Of a DNA stretch of 64,000 bases, positions 27,578 to 41,369 are shown one piece after another. Source of the DNA: the human T2T-CHM13v2.0 reference genome, Homo sapiens; NCBI RefSeq assembly GCF_009914755.1, contig NC_060947.1, one strand, 5' to 3'. The number at the start of each line of letters is the position of its first letter. Position 1 is the first letter of the stretch. Both the position numbers and the translations under genes were made by a program. The notes beneath the pieces are model-generated. The model saw nothing but the letters and a program-made list of their open reading frames with translations. It searched no databases and was not told where the DNA came from.

Positions 27578-28878
27578 TGTGGTAGGAAAACTTTCAGGAT
27601 GGTCCCCAATGATCCTGCCTCCTGGTGTTCATGTCTTTGTATAGTATTGACAATGAACTGAAGCTAGTAACTCATGTGTGAGAAATTGAATATGGCAACA
27701 CTAATGGGATGTCAATTTTGAGATGAGGTTTCAAGAATACTGTGGTTTTTGCCTTTAGCACTTTTCTCTCTTATCATCTCACTCATTTACTCATTTGCTC
27801 TGAATGAAGTCAACTGCCATTGAAATGGGAGAGTTCCCGGTCCCCCCTCGCAGGATGTGTGACAGGGGTGTGGCTTGTCTCTTTGGCTGCCATGCACTCA
27901 AACCCCTTACATTAGTGGAAACACATGGATGGGCAAGTACAAAAACTGGGGCAAGCACTTTCGGGCTCAAGCCCCATGGTAGTGTCTAGGGATGGATGCC
28001 TGCCACTCTCAAAGCCCCAGTAGGCATGTTGCAGTACTCTTTTAGCTCTGCCTTCCACAGATGGCTTAAGTGTTCACCAGTTCAGTGCCCTCTTGGTACC
28101 CAGGTTCTTGTCCAGTGTCCAGGAAAAATCAGGTCACATGGACAAATTGAAGGATGGCAAATGCAGGGTATTTTATTGACAGATGGAGGTGGCTCTCAGC
28201 AGGATGGATAGGTAGCTGGAAAGGGGATGGAGTGAGATGATTTTCCCCTGAAGTTTGACCATCCCACAGCTGATCTCTCCAACTATCTCCAGCCGAACTT
28301 CTCTGGATGTTCAGATGTTCCTTCTCTTCTCTCTTTCTCTGCCATGCCATTCTGCCACTCTTCTGCTCATCTGCTCTTCTGCTCGTGGAACCTGGGGTTT
28401 GGGGTTTATATAGGTACAAGACAGGGGGGCATAGCAGGCCAAAAGGCAACATATGGGTGCAAAAATAGGAATGCCTGTTTCCATGTAGGGCCACGGCTTT
28501 CCAGGCTTGAGGGTGGGGCCTTTGCTGGGGAACTGCCCTCTTCTACCCAGTATTTTCCTGCTTCCTGTCCATATCACCAGGTTGTGGCCCTATGAAAAAA
28601 CACATGGAGCTGATGTTTTAAGCCAGCAAGCAGCAGTGACCTGAGGCCTGCCAATAGCCATGTGAGTGAGCTTGTGAGAGGAACCATTCTCATTCAAACT
28701 TTGATATTACTGAATTCCCTGATGACACTTTCATTGCAACCTTATGAGAAACCCTGAGTCAGAGTCATCAAACTAAGCTACACCTGAAATTCTAATTCAC
28801 AGAAACTGAGATAGTAAATGTTTTTTAATTTGCTATGCTTAGGAGTAATTTGTTATGCAGCAACACATAATTAAGTTA
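27578..28878 (+). mobile_element. MLT1F-like MaLR LTR interrupted by LTR1
   Basis: tgtggtagg...ggtccccaatgatcctgcctcctggtgttcatg ... gtaatttgttatgcagcaac. Confidence 0.85.
27821..28576 (-). mobile_element. LTR1-family solo LTR (ERV1, HUERS-P2 group)
   Basis: Reverse complement begins tgatatggacaggaagcaggaaaatactgggtagaagagggc. TSD ccat/ccag (3 of 4 match). Confidence 0.85.
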
Positions 28879-29181
28879 CCTTGGCATAATGTAATAACTT
28901 CATGTTTCTTTTGCTTGATGTTAACTCCCTGAATTGGTAGTTTTAGAATTTTCTTTCAATTTGGAAAGTTTTCAGCCATTATATTTCAAATATTTTTTTC
29001 CTCTAATCCTTTTCTGCTCTTCTCTGAGAATTCCAATTACACATATATTAAGACACTTGAAATTACAGTACAGTTCACTGGTTCTCTGCTTTTTTTTTTT
29101 TAATCTCTGTTATATGCTGGAAAGTTTCTACTGCTATATCTTTAAGTTCATGGATCTCTTATACTGCAATGACTGATTTTC

Positions 29182-29548
29182 TGTTGTAGTAAATTCAGGC
29201 TGCTATAAAAAATACCATATACTAGGTGGCTTGTGAAGAAACAGAAATTTATTTCTCCCAGTTCTGAAGGCTGAGAATCTGAGATCAGAGCACCAGCATG
29301 GTCAGGTTCTGGTGAGGTTCCTCTTTTGGGTTGCAGGGAGCCACTTTCTTATAATATCCTCACATGATAGAGAGAGAGTGAGCTATCCCTTTGGCCTCTT
29401 GTTTTTAAGAACACTACTCCCATTTCTGAGGGCTCCATCCTCATGACCTAATTGCCTTCCAAAGTCTCCACCTTCAAATACCATCATACCGGGGATTAGA
29501 TTTTAACATACGAATGTGAGTGGGGACACAAACATTCAGTCCTTAACA
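29182..29548 (-). mobile_element. MLT1A0-like MaLR LTR
   Basis: ttcaggctgctataaaaaataccatatactaggtggctt...ggggacacaaacattcagtccttaaca. Confidence 0.88.
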
Positions 29549-29567
29549 GCTGCTCATTCTATTAGGT

Positions 29568-29770
29568 ATATATATATATATACGTATATATATATATATG
29601 TATATTATATATATATATGTATATATATATGTATATATATATGTATATTATATATATATACACACACACACATATATATACTGAATATATAATATGTATA
29701 TATACATGCGTATATATTTTTATATATATTTTATATATATATGTATATATACATATATACATATATATAT
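29568..29770. repeat. (TA)n-rich microsatellite, at the tail position of the adjacent Alu
   Basis: Interrupted TA/CA dinucleotide run of ~200 bp. Confidence 0.95.
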
Positions 29771-29772
29771 AA

Positions 29773-29955
<183 letters not shown>

Positions 29956-31542
29956 TTGCATTTCTTAATCTCAAAGGTTTGATTGGGGTCTTTTAAACAT
30001 CTTCCATGTCTGTATAAAATAATTATAATTATTTTCTCTAATCTCATAATTCTAAAATCTGTGTCAAATCTGGGTCAGTTTCAATTGATTAATTTATCTC
30101 TTTAGAATGGGTTAAACTTTTTTGAGTCTTTGCATGCTTAAGAAATTTTTATTGGTTGATGTATACATTGTGAATTTTACATTATTCAGTGCTAAATATT
30201 TGTGAATTCTTAGAAGCATTTTTGAGCTTCATTCTAGAACACAGTCAACTTACTTGTAAGAGTTTGATCCTCTTGAGTCTTGTTTTTAAGGCATTTTAGG
30301 CAGGCTCAGAATAATGCTTAGCTTAAGGTTATTTCCCATGAATCATAAAAGATACGAATGAGTACTCATTCCAATTTTCCATGAATCAAAGACTTTTTTG
30401 TCTGTCTTGTGGAAACAGAAACTATTTTTGGTTCTGTGTGACCGCTGAGTACTAACCCCTCTGTTCATTTTTGGCAATTCTTTTTCCACCCTAAGGTGGT
30501 TGCCTTTATGAATGCCAGTTTTCAGCTGACTATTCAAGATGGACTCTTTGCAGATCCGTAGATTTTTTTTTCTTTTCAGTTTTCTCCTCTCCAGCACTCT
30601 GTCTGAAAAAAATTGAGATGCCTTAACCTTTGTGGATTCTATCTTCAACTCAGAAAGTCTGCTTTGCTCTTTCTGGGGTCTGGAAACCTTTGCAAAGCAG
30701 TAGCTGGTGCAATCAGAGTCTCATTTGTTTATTTATTCTATCTCAAAGATCACTGTCCTCTGTTGTCTGATGTACAGTGTTTTGTAAAACTGTTGTTTTA
30801 TATATTTGTCAGTTTTTTGGCTGCTTCATGTATGAGGGTAATTCTGGTTTCTGTACCTCCATCTTGGTCAGAAGTGTAAATTAACACATGCCTAATTTTA
30901 TTATATACATTTTTTATAATCTTACTTTCTTATTCAGGTTTATTGTTGACTAATTTGTGAGAGACTCTCTACAACATCTTTTATAGTCAGAATTCTTTTA
31001 ATATTGTATATATGACTAAGTAGCTGATCATTAAAGTCCTTTGACAGGCACTCATTTAAGTTTCTTATATTTATTCCTTAGTAAACATCTATTGTGCGTC
31101 TACTGGGTGTAGGTGCTATAGAGATTATAGAAACACATTAAATTTACATCCTCTTTCAAAAAGCTTATATTCTCATAATCATTAAACAAAACACACTAGA
31201 TATAAATAAGGCTTATTAGAGAGATATAAGAAATATGCAGAGTTACAAAAATTCAGAGCTACTTGTTTCTGTGCAAAACCTAAGGGGACTTTCTGCATCC
31301 CACAACATTATCATTTAAGATATGCATTTATTAACATATTTGAACAAAATTACTTCTACAAAAATGATAATTGCTTGTTGGTTTTTGTATAAAAAATGAA
31401 TGTGCTTATTTCACATTTCATACCTATATCAAAACATCTCATGTACCCCATAAATATATACACCTACTATGTACCCAAAAATATTTTTAAAATTTTTTAA
31501 AAAGAAATGGGCCAAACTGTTAGTAATTACTCTATTCTTTTG

Positions 31543-32038
31543 GTGAATTAGGGTTCTTCAGAGAAACAAAACAGATAGGATATAGACAGATAGAGAGATA
31601 GACAGATAGATAGACAGACAGAGATAGATGAGAGAAGGTTTACCATGGGAATTGACTCACCTGTTTATGGAAGCTGAGAATACCCACTATATACCACCTG
31701 CAAGCTCAAGAACCAGCAAAGCTGTTAGCTAAGTCCAAGTTCAAAGGACTGAGAATTTGGGTGGCTGCTGGTGCAAAGTTTAGATGAGAAGATGGGTGAC
31801 CCAGCTCCAGAAAAGATAGCAAATTCACATTTCTTCTGCCTTTTTGAAAATCTGAGCCCTGAATAGATTTGGTGCCTGCCCATATTGGATGAGTGCAGAT
31901 TTTTCTTACCCAGTTTACTGACTATGATGTGAATCTTTCCCCATAACACCTTCACAGACATACCCAAAAATAATGCTTTACCAGTTATCTGTATTTCTCT
32001 TAACCAAGTCAGGTTGACACCTAATATTAACTACCACA
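31543..32038 (-). mobile_element. MLT2C-like LTR (3' LTR of ERVL) with an internal (GATA/GACA)n
   Basis: agggttcttcagagaaaca...ggttgacacctaatattaactaccaca, followed by the reverse-complement polypurine tract catccactcctc. Confidence 0.9.
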
Positions 32039-32568
32039 CATCCACTCCTCATCAACGTGGCACCCGTACACATCTCCTTAAACCATAATTAATCTCCAAA
32101 TAAAGACAATAACAATCCCATAGTTGTACCCAACATTACACAACTACCCTGCTTACAATCATACATGTACAAATATCTTCCCCAGAAGAGAAGATAAAGT
32201 CCTTGAGTGATGTTTACTCTTCTGATATCCCTTAACTTAAATATTATAATTTAAAATTAATACTACTTTAATACTGATATAAAGTCAATAAATCTTAAGT
32301 TTCATGATAAAGGAATAATGGAGAAAAAACAAAGATACTTGATTAATAGATGTACATATATATATATATACACATACTCACATAACATAATGGCATTCTT
32401 ATCAAAAAGCAGGACATACTCATGACAATTACAGTCTTCAGTACTGTAACCATTCATATGGTCATAGCTGGTATTTGTAACTATTTTTTTCTACTACACA
32501 TTCTGTATTCCCTTTGCCTCCAGGAAGCACCTCAGCAAGTGGTAGTTTTTTTAACCTAGTAGGGCGAT

Positions 32569-32960
32569 CTAAACCTTCCTTTCATAAGGGTCTGAGCTAT
32601 TTATAGTCCTGCCTGGATTATGTTTTTGCAGTTTCCTATTGACGTTAATCACAGGGCATGGTAGCACGTAGAGACACCCTAAAGAATCTACTGTATTCCA
32701 GGAATACTCTTTCTTATCTCCATTGTGGAGAAATAGTTCAATTTCCTTTTGATAGTCTGAATCACTTACCCCAGCCAACACCATACCTCACTTGACTTAC
32801 AGACTGAAAGGCATGAGGAGCTGGAAATAACTTGGTAATACTCTTAACTTCCAGTTCAATGGAATCACTATTGTGCCTCCCAGTGAAAGCATTTCTTCTT
32901 CTGGAACTAAGATCCCTAAGCCGGCAGAGCATAAAGTTGTGAAAACAGAAAGCAAAAATT
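32569..32960 (-). pseudogene. ERVL dUTPase remnant
   Basis: LCSAGLGILVPEEEMLSLGGTIVIPLNWKLR, then VLAGVSDSDYQKEIELFLHNG (motif GVIDxDY degenerate). dUTPase downstream of integrase is the known ERV-L arrangement. Confidence 0.88.
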
Positions 32961-33452
32961 TTGTAGTTGGTCACTAGGAGTAATTGTGAGTTGTGTCATG
33001 CCCATTTCTACATCTTGATTCCTAGACCAGTGAATTCTGGTAATGGGAAAAACAGTATTATATATTGGACACTGATTTATGGCATATATCCCCTTCTGGA
33101 GAACTTTGCCCTAGGTCTCCTAGATATTACCACCTAGTCAGCATTGTTACTGAATATTGAATTGTTATAATAAATATTATTAATAATTAATAATTTCAAA
33201 AATTATCCCATTGTTCTATCAAGCCATCTGCTTTGGTAAGGTGAAGAACATTGTAATACTAGTAAAGTTCATGAGCATAAACCCATTGCCACACTTTTTT
33301 GACTGTGAAGTTAATTCCTTGTTCAAAAACAATACTGTGTGGAATGCCATAACTATAGATAAAGCATTCTATAAGTTCAGGGATGGTAGTTTTGGCAGAA
33401 ACATTGAGTACAGAATAGGCAAATTTATATTCAGAATAAGTGTCTATTCCAG

Positions 33453-33887
33453 TGTCCTATTTCATTTACATTTATCTAAAGAAATACCTGAGGCTGGGCA
33501 ATGCATAAAGAAAAGAGGTTTATTTGGCTCACTCTTCTGCAAGCTGTATAGGATGCATGGCATGAACATGTGCTTCTGGTTAGAACTTCAGAAAGCTTCC
33601 ACTTATGATGAAAGGGAAAAAGAAATTGATGTGATTGATGTGTGCAGATCACATGGTGAGAAAGAAGCAAGAGAGAGAGGGGATAGAGGTGCCGGATTTT
33701 TTTTAACGATCATATCTCACAGGAACTAATAGAGTGAGAAGTCACTCATTACTTCAATAATGGCACCAAGTCTTTCATGAAGAATCCACTCACATGACCA
33801 AAACACCTCACACCAGGCCCTACCTTCAACATTGTGGATCAAATTTCAACATGATATTTTGAGGGGACAAATATCTAAACTGTATCA
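33453..33887 (-). mobile_element. MSTB-like MaLR LTR inside ERVL integrase
   Basis: Ends ggacaaatatctaaactgtatca. TSD tccag/ttcag at 33448-33452 / 33888-33892. Confidence 0.88.
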
Positions 33888-34649
33888 TTCAGTAAATGCA
33901 AAATGCTGGCCCTTCCATGATGGCAGTGGTCCAATGTAATCAACCTACCACCAGGTAGCTGGCTGATCACCCTGGAGAATGGTGCTGTACTTGGGGCTCA
34001 TAATTGGCCTCTGCTGTGACAGATTGGTTACTCAGCAATAGTCACAGCCAATTTGTCCATGGTGAATGCAAGTCCATGTTGCTGAGCCCATGCAGAAACT
34101 CCATCTCTGCCACCAAGGCTACTTTGTTTATGAGCTCATTGGGTGATAACAGAGATGACTGGGAACAAGGCTTGCTGGTATCAACAATATGGGTCATATT
34201 TGATTATTAAACAATCAACTTGATATTAAAATTTTTCTCTGCTGAGGTCATGCTTTGTTAAGCATTCATATGAAACATAAACATATTTGTGTCCTTTGTC
34301 CATTCAGAGAGGTCTACCCACATACCTCTTCCCCAAATACCTTTGTAACCAGTTTCTCAATCAAGTTCTTTCCCAGTTCCATACCATCCAGCCAAAACTT
34401 TGGCTATAGTCCATGTGTGGTTATGGAATCTCATATCTGGCCATTTTCCTTTCCAAGCAAAGTACACAATCTCGTGCACTGACTGTAGTCCTGCCCACTT
34501 ACAAGGTTTTCCTCCACTACTGCCCTTCAGGAATATTCCAGAAAGGGGCTATAGTATGTTAGCTGTTAACTTGGGACTGGTGCCTGAATATTAAGCAGAA
34601 AGATCTGTGAACCAGCCCAGTTTTCTTCTTCTGTCAACTAATCATAGGG

Positions 34650-35067
34650 TGTATTAGTTTCTTTGTGTTGCTACACAGGAATATCTGAAGCTGGTTAACT
34701 TATAAGGAAAATAAGTTTATTTGGCTCACAGTTCTGCAGGCTATACATGAATCATAGTGCCAGCATTTGCTTTTGGTGATGGTTTCAAGAAACTTACAGT
34801 CATAATGGAAAGTGAAGGGAAGCCAGGGTGTTACATGGTGAGAGAGGAAGTAAGATAGAGGAGAAGGGGTTGCCGGGCTCTTTTAAACAACCAGATCTCA
34901 TGTGAAGTCTTAGAGTGACAGCTCACTCATTACTGCGAGGACAGCACCAAGACACTCATGAGGGATTCACCTCCATGATGCAAACTCTTCCATTAGGCCT
35001 CACCTCCAACATTGGGGACCACATTTCAATATGAGATTTAGAGGAAATACACATCCAAACCATATCA
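34650..35067 (-). mobile_element. MSTB-like MaLR LTR inside ERVL pol
   Basis: tgtattagttt...catccaaaccatatca. Perfect 5-bp TSD taggg at 34645-34649 / 35068-35072. Confidence 0.92.
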
Positions 35068-35334
35068 TAGGGTACTCCCCATAACACTATAGTTTGGAGA
35101 TAAGGTTGGGAGAAAGAAGTCAGTGTACAGTGTAACAGGAGTAGGAATCACGGACATTTAAGCCACTTCTACATTTAACTTACTTGTAGCCTTTACGGAC
35201 TACTCAGGCCTGATATATATGGAAGAAAAAAGGGTTAATTTAATTTTGCAACTTCATTTATGGATTTTTTTGTGAGACAAGGGAAAGAAATATAAAAGAT
35301 CAGCTTATTTTGTGTGTATCCACACACTTAAAGG

Positions 35335-36733
35335 GAACTCATTTTCAACAAAGGTGCCAAGAATATTGGGGAAAAGTCAGTCTTCAATAGCTGATGTTGG
35401 GAAACTGGATATCCACATGCAGGAGAATGAAACTAGACCCCTATCTCTTGCCATATACAAAACGTGAATCAAAATAAATTAAAGACTTAAGTCTAAGACC
35501 TCAAACTATGAAACTACTACAAGAAAACTTTGAGAAAAATCTCTAGGACATTGGTCTGGACAAACATTTCTTGAGCAATACCCCACAACCACAGGCAACC
35601 AAAGCAAAAATGGACAGCAAATGATACAATCAACAAAATGAAGAAACAGTAAATAGAATGGGAAAAATATTTGCAAATTACTCATCTGATAAGCGATTAA
35701 TAACCAGAATAGAAAAGGAGTTCAAACAATTGTATAGGTAGAAATGTAATAACCAAATCAAAAAGTGGGCAAAAGATTTGATCAAAAGAAAACATCCAAA
35801 TGGCAAACAGGCATATGAAAAAGTTCTCAACATCATAGAATATCAGAGAAATGTAAAATAAAAACTACAATGAGATGTCCTATTATCCCAGTTAAAATGG
35901 CTTATAACCAAAGACAGGCAATAACAAATGCTTGTCAGGATGTGGAGAAAAGGCAACCTTTGTACACTGTGGGTGGGAACGTAAGTTAGTACAACCACTA
36001 AATAGAACAGTTTGGAAGTTTCTCAAAACACCAAAAATAGAGCTACTATATGATGTAGCAATCCCACTGTTGGGTATATATCCCAGAGAAAGGAAATCTG
36101 TCTAACAAAGAGATCTCTGCACTTCCATGTTTGTTGTAGGACTATTCACAACAGTTAAGATTTGGAAGCAACCTAAGTGTTCATCAACATATGAATGAAT
36201 TAAGAAAATATGGAACATAGACACAATGGAGTAATATACAGCCATAAAAAATATGAGATCCAGTCATTTGCAATGACATGGATGGAACTGGAAGTCATTA
36301 TGCTAAGTGAAACAAGCCAGGCACAGAAAGACAAACATCACGTGTTTGAACTTATTTGTGGAATCTAAAAATCAAAACAATTGAACCTATGAGCACAGAG
36401 AGTAGAAGAATGGTTACCAGAGGCTGGGAAGGGTAGTGGGGGTGATGGGGACAAGGTTGGATAGTTAATGGGTACAAAAAATAGAAAGAATGAATAAGAC
36501 ATACTATTTGATAGCATACCAGGGTGACTATAGTCAATAATAAATTCATTTTAAAATAGCTAAAGGAGTGTAATTGAATTTTTTATAACACAAAGGAAAA
36601 ATGCTTGAGGGGATGGAAACTACATTTTTTTTAATATGTCATTATTTCATATTGCATGCCTGGATCAAAACATCCCATGTACCCCATAAATATATACACC
36701 TGCTATATACTCACTAAAATTAAAACTTAAAAA
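35335..36733 (+). mobile_element. 5'-truncated L1MA2-like element (ORF2 end and 3'UTR)
   Basis: gaactcattttcaacaaaggtgccaagaa...aatgggtacaaaaaatagaaagaatgaataagac...catgtaccccataaatatatacacc. Confidence 0.92.
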
Positions 36734-37619
36734 AGGATCATACCTTTTGTTATATCATCTCACAATAAAAATAAATAATGACATTTAACTGAAACGCTAC
36801 ATTTATTAATGTAAAAACAGCAAACTCTGCTTTAGGTTTACAGAGATCTAGAAAAAAATAATTTAATAAAAGTGTCCTAACCATAGGAGTTCAGAGCAAA
36901 CTTAAGAGTTTCCACTCAAATTCTCTTAAATAAGAGAGTCCAGTGAAGAACGAATCAATCTGCTGAACCTATAGACACCACAAGCACTTACGATTTTTAC
37001 TCCTCTACTCGACCTCTTATTATGTCAATCTCCACCTTGCTTTTTATATTAATTGTAACTAATTTTCTAATTCCTACTCTGTATTGGACATATTTTCCAC
37101 CTTTTACATTGGTGACTTACAGACTCTTGAGGCTTCATTTCCTCCAGCTTCCTGCAATAAAGGCAAGTACCTGGTTCTTACATGCATATATAACCTATGT
37201 CTCACTTAAAGCCTCCACGTGACCTATAATCACAAATTATACGCTCTTGAAGTCTAACTTGCTTCTCTTAACACGAATCTGATTACAGAGGGTATTAAAT
37301 GACAGACTAAGAAGTTTGAATTTGTATTAGGTAGACAAAAATCAACATTGAGAACATCTGAGAAAATAAATGACATACCACTATCAGTGTCTTAAGAAAA
37401 TGAATCAGTGAACACTCTGCGTGGATTAAATGAGGTATTGTATTTAAAATACATTGCACAGGCCTTAACACATATTAAGCATGTAATATAAATAGGTATT
37501 ACACAGGGATAGAATGAGTGAGGAGAGCCAGTTTTCAAATGCCAATGTGTGAATTAGAAAAGCTTACAGTTAAGAAATTAGTGAATATAGCCAAATCATT
37601 TTTTGTGAGATATGATAGT

Positions 37620-39470
37620 TTTGTTTTAGTTTAAAAAATATTTTAAACATAAAGAAAATAATATACAAAATAATAAGCACCCATATACCTATCACTCAGT
37701 TTTTCAAATGTTACTGTGTGACATTTTAAATAAGAATATAGTCAGAAAATAAAATGATAGAGAATATTACATAATCAATTGAAGCTGCAATTGATTTTAC
37801 TGTCTTTCTCCAGATATAACTTCGACCCTTATTTTTTGAATTGTTATTCTGAATGATTTTGTTTTTAATGACATATATGTGTATTCTTTAGCTCTATACA
37901 CACTGATTTGCAATAATTTAAACTTGTATAAGTAATAGCATGAATTCTAATTCTTCTGAAATGTAATGTTTCTGCTCAACAACTGTTGAAAATAGTGGTA
38001 CTAGTGAATCTTAACTAGTGAACACACATAAATGGCACTATTTTCATTATTAAATTTTCTGACTAATAATCACGAATAATTATTGATATTTTTAAAAATT
38101 TTGTTTTTGACACAATAATTGTACATATTTATGGGGTGCAATTTGTTGTTTTGATACATGTATGCATTGTGTAAAGACTAAATCAAGGTAATTAACAAGT
38201 CCATTACCTCAAACATTTACCATTTCTTTGTGGTGAGAACATTCAGAATTATCTCTTCTTGCTATTTTGAAATGTACAAGAAAGTTTTTTGTGCCATGCA
38301 ATTTGACCATTCTAGGCATTTAAATTCTCATTTATATAAAATTTGATACCTGAAAAGGAGGATGTTAGCATTATTAACTTATCTTCTTGACAAAATAGGT
38401 AATGTTTCTAATGTTATGCCTTTGGTTTTTGTTCAGGGCAAATATTGTACATAATAAAATGAAAAACAGTACATACAACAAATGTCTTTAATAATTTGTT
38501 AATTAAAGAAATGTTGGTATCACTTGAACACTTGATGTCCTTTTATTAGATGATGGTTTATTACTATACTGAGAGAATCTTCCCAACTAAATTAAAAGTT
38601 TAATCACAATCATGTTAGACCTTTTTATATCTGCATCCTCCACATTAGAATGTCTGTCATTTTTTATCATTTCAGTGTATTATTTATATTTTTCTTATCT
38701 TTTATAAATAAAATTGTATTCTCTCAAAACATTTCTATACATAAAGGTTCACTTTTTAAAATGCTATAAATTTGAACATAGTTTGAAAAAATGCATGGTG
38801 TCATGTATCCTCCATTATAGCATCATACAGAATGGTTTCACTGCCTTAAAATGCCCTCTACTTTATTTATTCAATGCTTCCTTTTTCCCCCTAAACTGCT
38901 GCTAAGCACTGATCTTTTTACTCTCTATAGTTTTGTTTTTTTTCATTATGGTGGAAATCATGTAGTATATAACCTTTTCAGACTATTTTCTTTTACTTAA
39001 TTATATGCATTTTTAGTTTAATACTTTTGTGGCTTTCTAATCAATTTATTTTTATCACTGAGTAATATTTTATTATATTGATGTATCACTGTTTATCAAT
39101 TCACCCATTGAAGAACAATTTGGTTGCTTCCAGTTATTGGTGATTATAAATAAATTTTCTGTAGACATTTGAATGCAAGTTTTTGTGTCGACACAGTTTT
39201 CAAATAAGTTGGATGAAAACCTAAGAGCACACTTGTTGGTTTGTTTAGCTGTGTGAGAAATTGCCAAACTGTCTGCAAAAGTGGCGATACTATCTGCAAA
39301 AGTTGCCTTCCACCCAGCCGTGAATGAAAATTCCTATTGTTTCACATCCTCATCAGTATTAGATATTTTTTTTTTTAGATTTAACCATTGTAATAGGTGT
39401 GTAGTGACATTTAACTCTTGTTTAATTTGCAATTTCTCAATGAAAACTTCTGTTGAACATCTTCTTAAAA
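37620..39470 (-). mobile_element. Cluster of antisense L1 3' fragments (L1ME ~37620-38000, L1MA ~38095-38285, L1MC1/2 ~38720-39470)
   Basis: ataattgtacatatttatgggg; catcatacagaatggtttcactgccttaaaa; ttggttgcttccagtt. Confidence 0.75.
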
Positions 39471-39994
39471 ACTGGACTCATATAGAAATTTTAAGATCTT
39501 CCTTTCAAAGTGATATTTGGAAAACAATAGATTCAATCATGAAGTCAGCTAGTCACTAGGTCTAGAACTGTACATGTATCCTCCTTATTCCTGAGACTGC
39601 AGCATTTTTTTAATGTACATTTCAGGTTTTTGGAAGTGATGTGAAACAACCTATTTTCCCAGTTTATTTTTTAGTGGGAGAGGTTGGTACCTCCCCTAAC
39701 GACCAGCTTCAAACAGTGCTAATGGCCCTAGTTCATCTTCTGGTGTGGGACAATTTTAGCCCCTTTATCCCAATTGAGCTTAGATCTAGTCTATCATGGC
39801 CTGTCTTCTGATAGAATATCAACAGTCCTGTGGCTTTAGCTCCATTTTCTGCTTTGAGTTTGTTTTCATTTTTTTCCTTGTCTACAGACTTTTTATTTCT
39901 TTAAACGCAGTTATATATTTTTGAATACTTACATATTGAACATACATTTTATATATATATATATAATATATATAATTGCTATGCGTTTATATCA

Positions 39995-40475
39995 TGTGAG
40001 GACATAGTGTAATATGGACCCTATGATGCCCACTTCTATGTTTGTTCCCTTGTTAATCCTCTCCCCACTGACTGTTGCCAGAAACTGTGGACTGCTTCTT
40101 TCCAATAGAACAGGAAAGGTGATGGGATATCATGTTTGTGATAATGTTACATAAGATTGTATCCTGTCTTCTAGGAGACTCTCACCATTGTTGCTTTGAG
40201 GAAGCAAGCTGCCCTGTTGGGAGCTGCCCTGTGGTAAGAAACTGAAGGCAGTCTCTGGCTGGTCACCAGCAAAAATCTGTAGCCCTTAGTCTGGCAGCCT
40301 GCAAGGAACTAAATGCTCTCGACAATTATGTATGTGAGCCTGGAGGTGTATTCTGCTGTAGTCAAATCTTAGGGCCTTAGATGAGAGTCCACCCTGACTT
40401 ACACTTTGATTGCAGCTTTGAAGAGAACTCAGCTAAGCCGTGTCAGGACTCTGGAACAACAGAAACTGTGAACAA
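39995..40475 (+). mobile_element. MLT1E-like MaLR LTR (3' truncated)
   Basis: gctttgaggaagcaagctgccctgtt...gcaaggaactaaatgct...cagctaagccgtgtcaggactc...cagaaactgtga. Confidence 0.85.
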
Positions 40476-40619
40476 TTAAACATCAGACACAATTTTTTAA
40501 TGTGCCTGTAAGCTTACATACGTGTTGTGTTGTGTGTGCTGGTGGTGGTGAAAGAGAGGTATTACTGGTGTCTTTAACTTCATACCACACAGGTACCTTC
40601 TCATTTCACCATCCAGTAT

Positions 40620-40860
40620 TAATAAATAATGGTTTTTCACTCAGCACATTTATCTTCCCTGATTTATTACCCTTCATAGCAATTATCCATATCTGAAAGA
40701 CTGCCTATATTGTTAGTTCCCGTATTTATTGCCTATCTCCCGAAAACCGGAATATAACTTATATGAGCAAAGGGATTTTTGACTGTCTTTGTCTGATCCC
40801 TAAATAGTATTTGCCCTATACTAGACACAACACAAGCGATATTTTGCACAAATAAGGAAT
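40620..40860 (+). mobile_element. L2 3' end relic
   Basis: tttattgcctatctccc...gaatataacttatatgagcaaagggatttttgactgtctttg. Confidence 0.65.
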
Positions 40861-41059
40861 GTATATTACCCCAAAGGGAGAATTACTGAAAATTAGTAAA
40901 TTGACATTCAATGGCATTTTTTTTGCCATAAAAACAAAAAGAAGAGTATATTGCTGATATCTTATTGAAAGCAAATAATGTGTAGGCCAAAATATCATTA
41001 TGTTTATGATTTCACCATAGTACTATGGATACTGGGCTGTGTTTTATGATGGAGAAACA

Positions 41060-41305
41060 CATATAAAGTAATTGTTAAGAGTTAGACCTCTGGAACTGGT
41101 AAACTCAATGGGGATTTTAATTCCCATTTACCAGACTTTGAAGTATTTAATCTGTCTAATCTTAGTAGCATCATCTATAACATGGTGATGAAAATAGAGG
41201 CTATACCATACAGCTACTGATAATATTAAATGAGATGATACAAGGTAAGGATTCAGTATGGTGCCTAGAATATAGTAAGTACTCCATAAATGGTTGATCT
41301 TACTA
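41060..41305 (+). mobile_element. MIR SINE
   Basis: gttaagagttagacctctggaac...attaaatgagatgata...gtgcctagaatatagtaagtactccataaatg. Confidence 0.8.
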
Positions 41306-41369
41306 GTACTGTGAAATATCTCATTACTTACCAGTCAGTAGGTGCAGTTTAATATTTTGCTTAATTATA

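Larger units (their letters stand above)
32039..35220 (-). pseudogene. ERVL internal 3' half: tether, RNase H, integrase and dUTPase (disrupted)
   Basis: Minus-strand peptides: integrase ATWW*VDYIGPLPSWK (~33915-33960) and IYAINQCPIYNTVFPITRIHWSRNQ (~33015-33090); dUTPase motifs listed separately. Confidence 0.9.

Noticed and set aside
33211-33729. 172-aa ORF, the longest in the track
   Set aside because: Antisense to ERVL integrase and runs across an MST LTR junction; a chance frame with a non-ATG start.
39268-39307. 21-bp imperfect tandem duplication in L1MC, and a short gcagggat repeat at ~56630
   Set aside because: Ordinary small slippage events in dead repeats.
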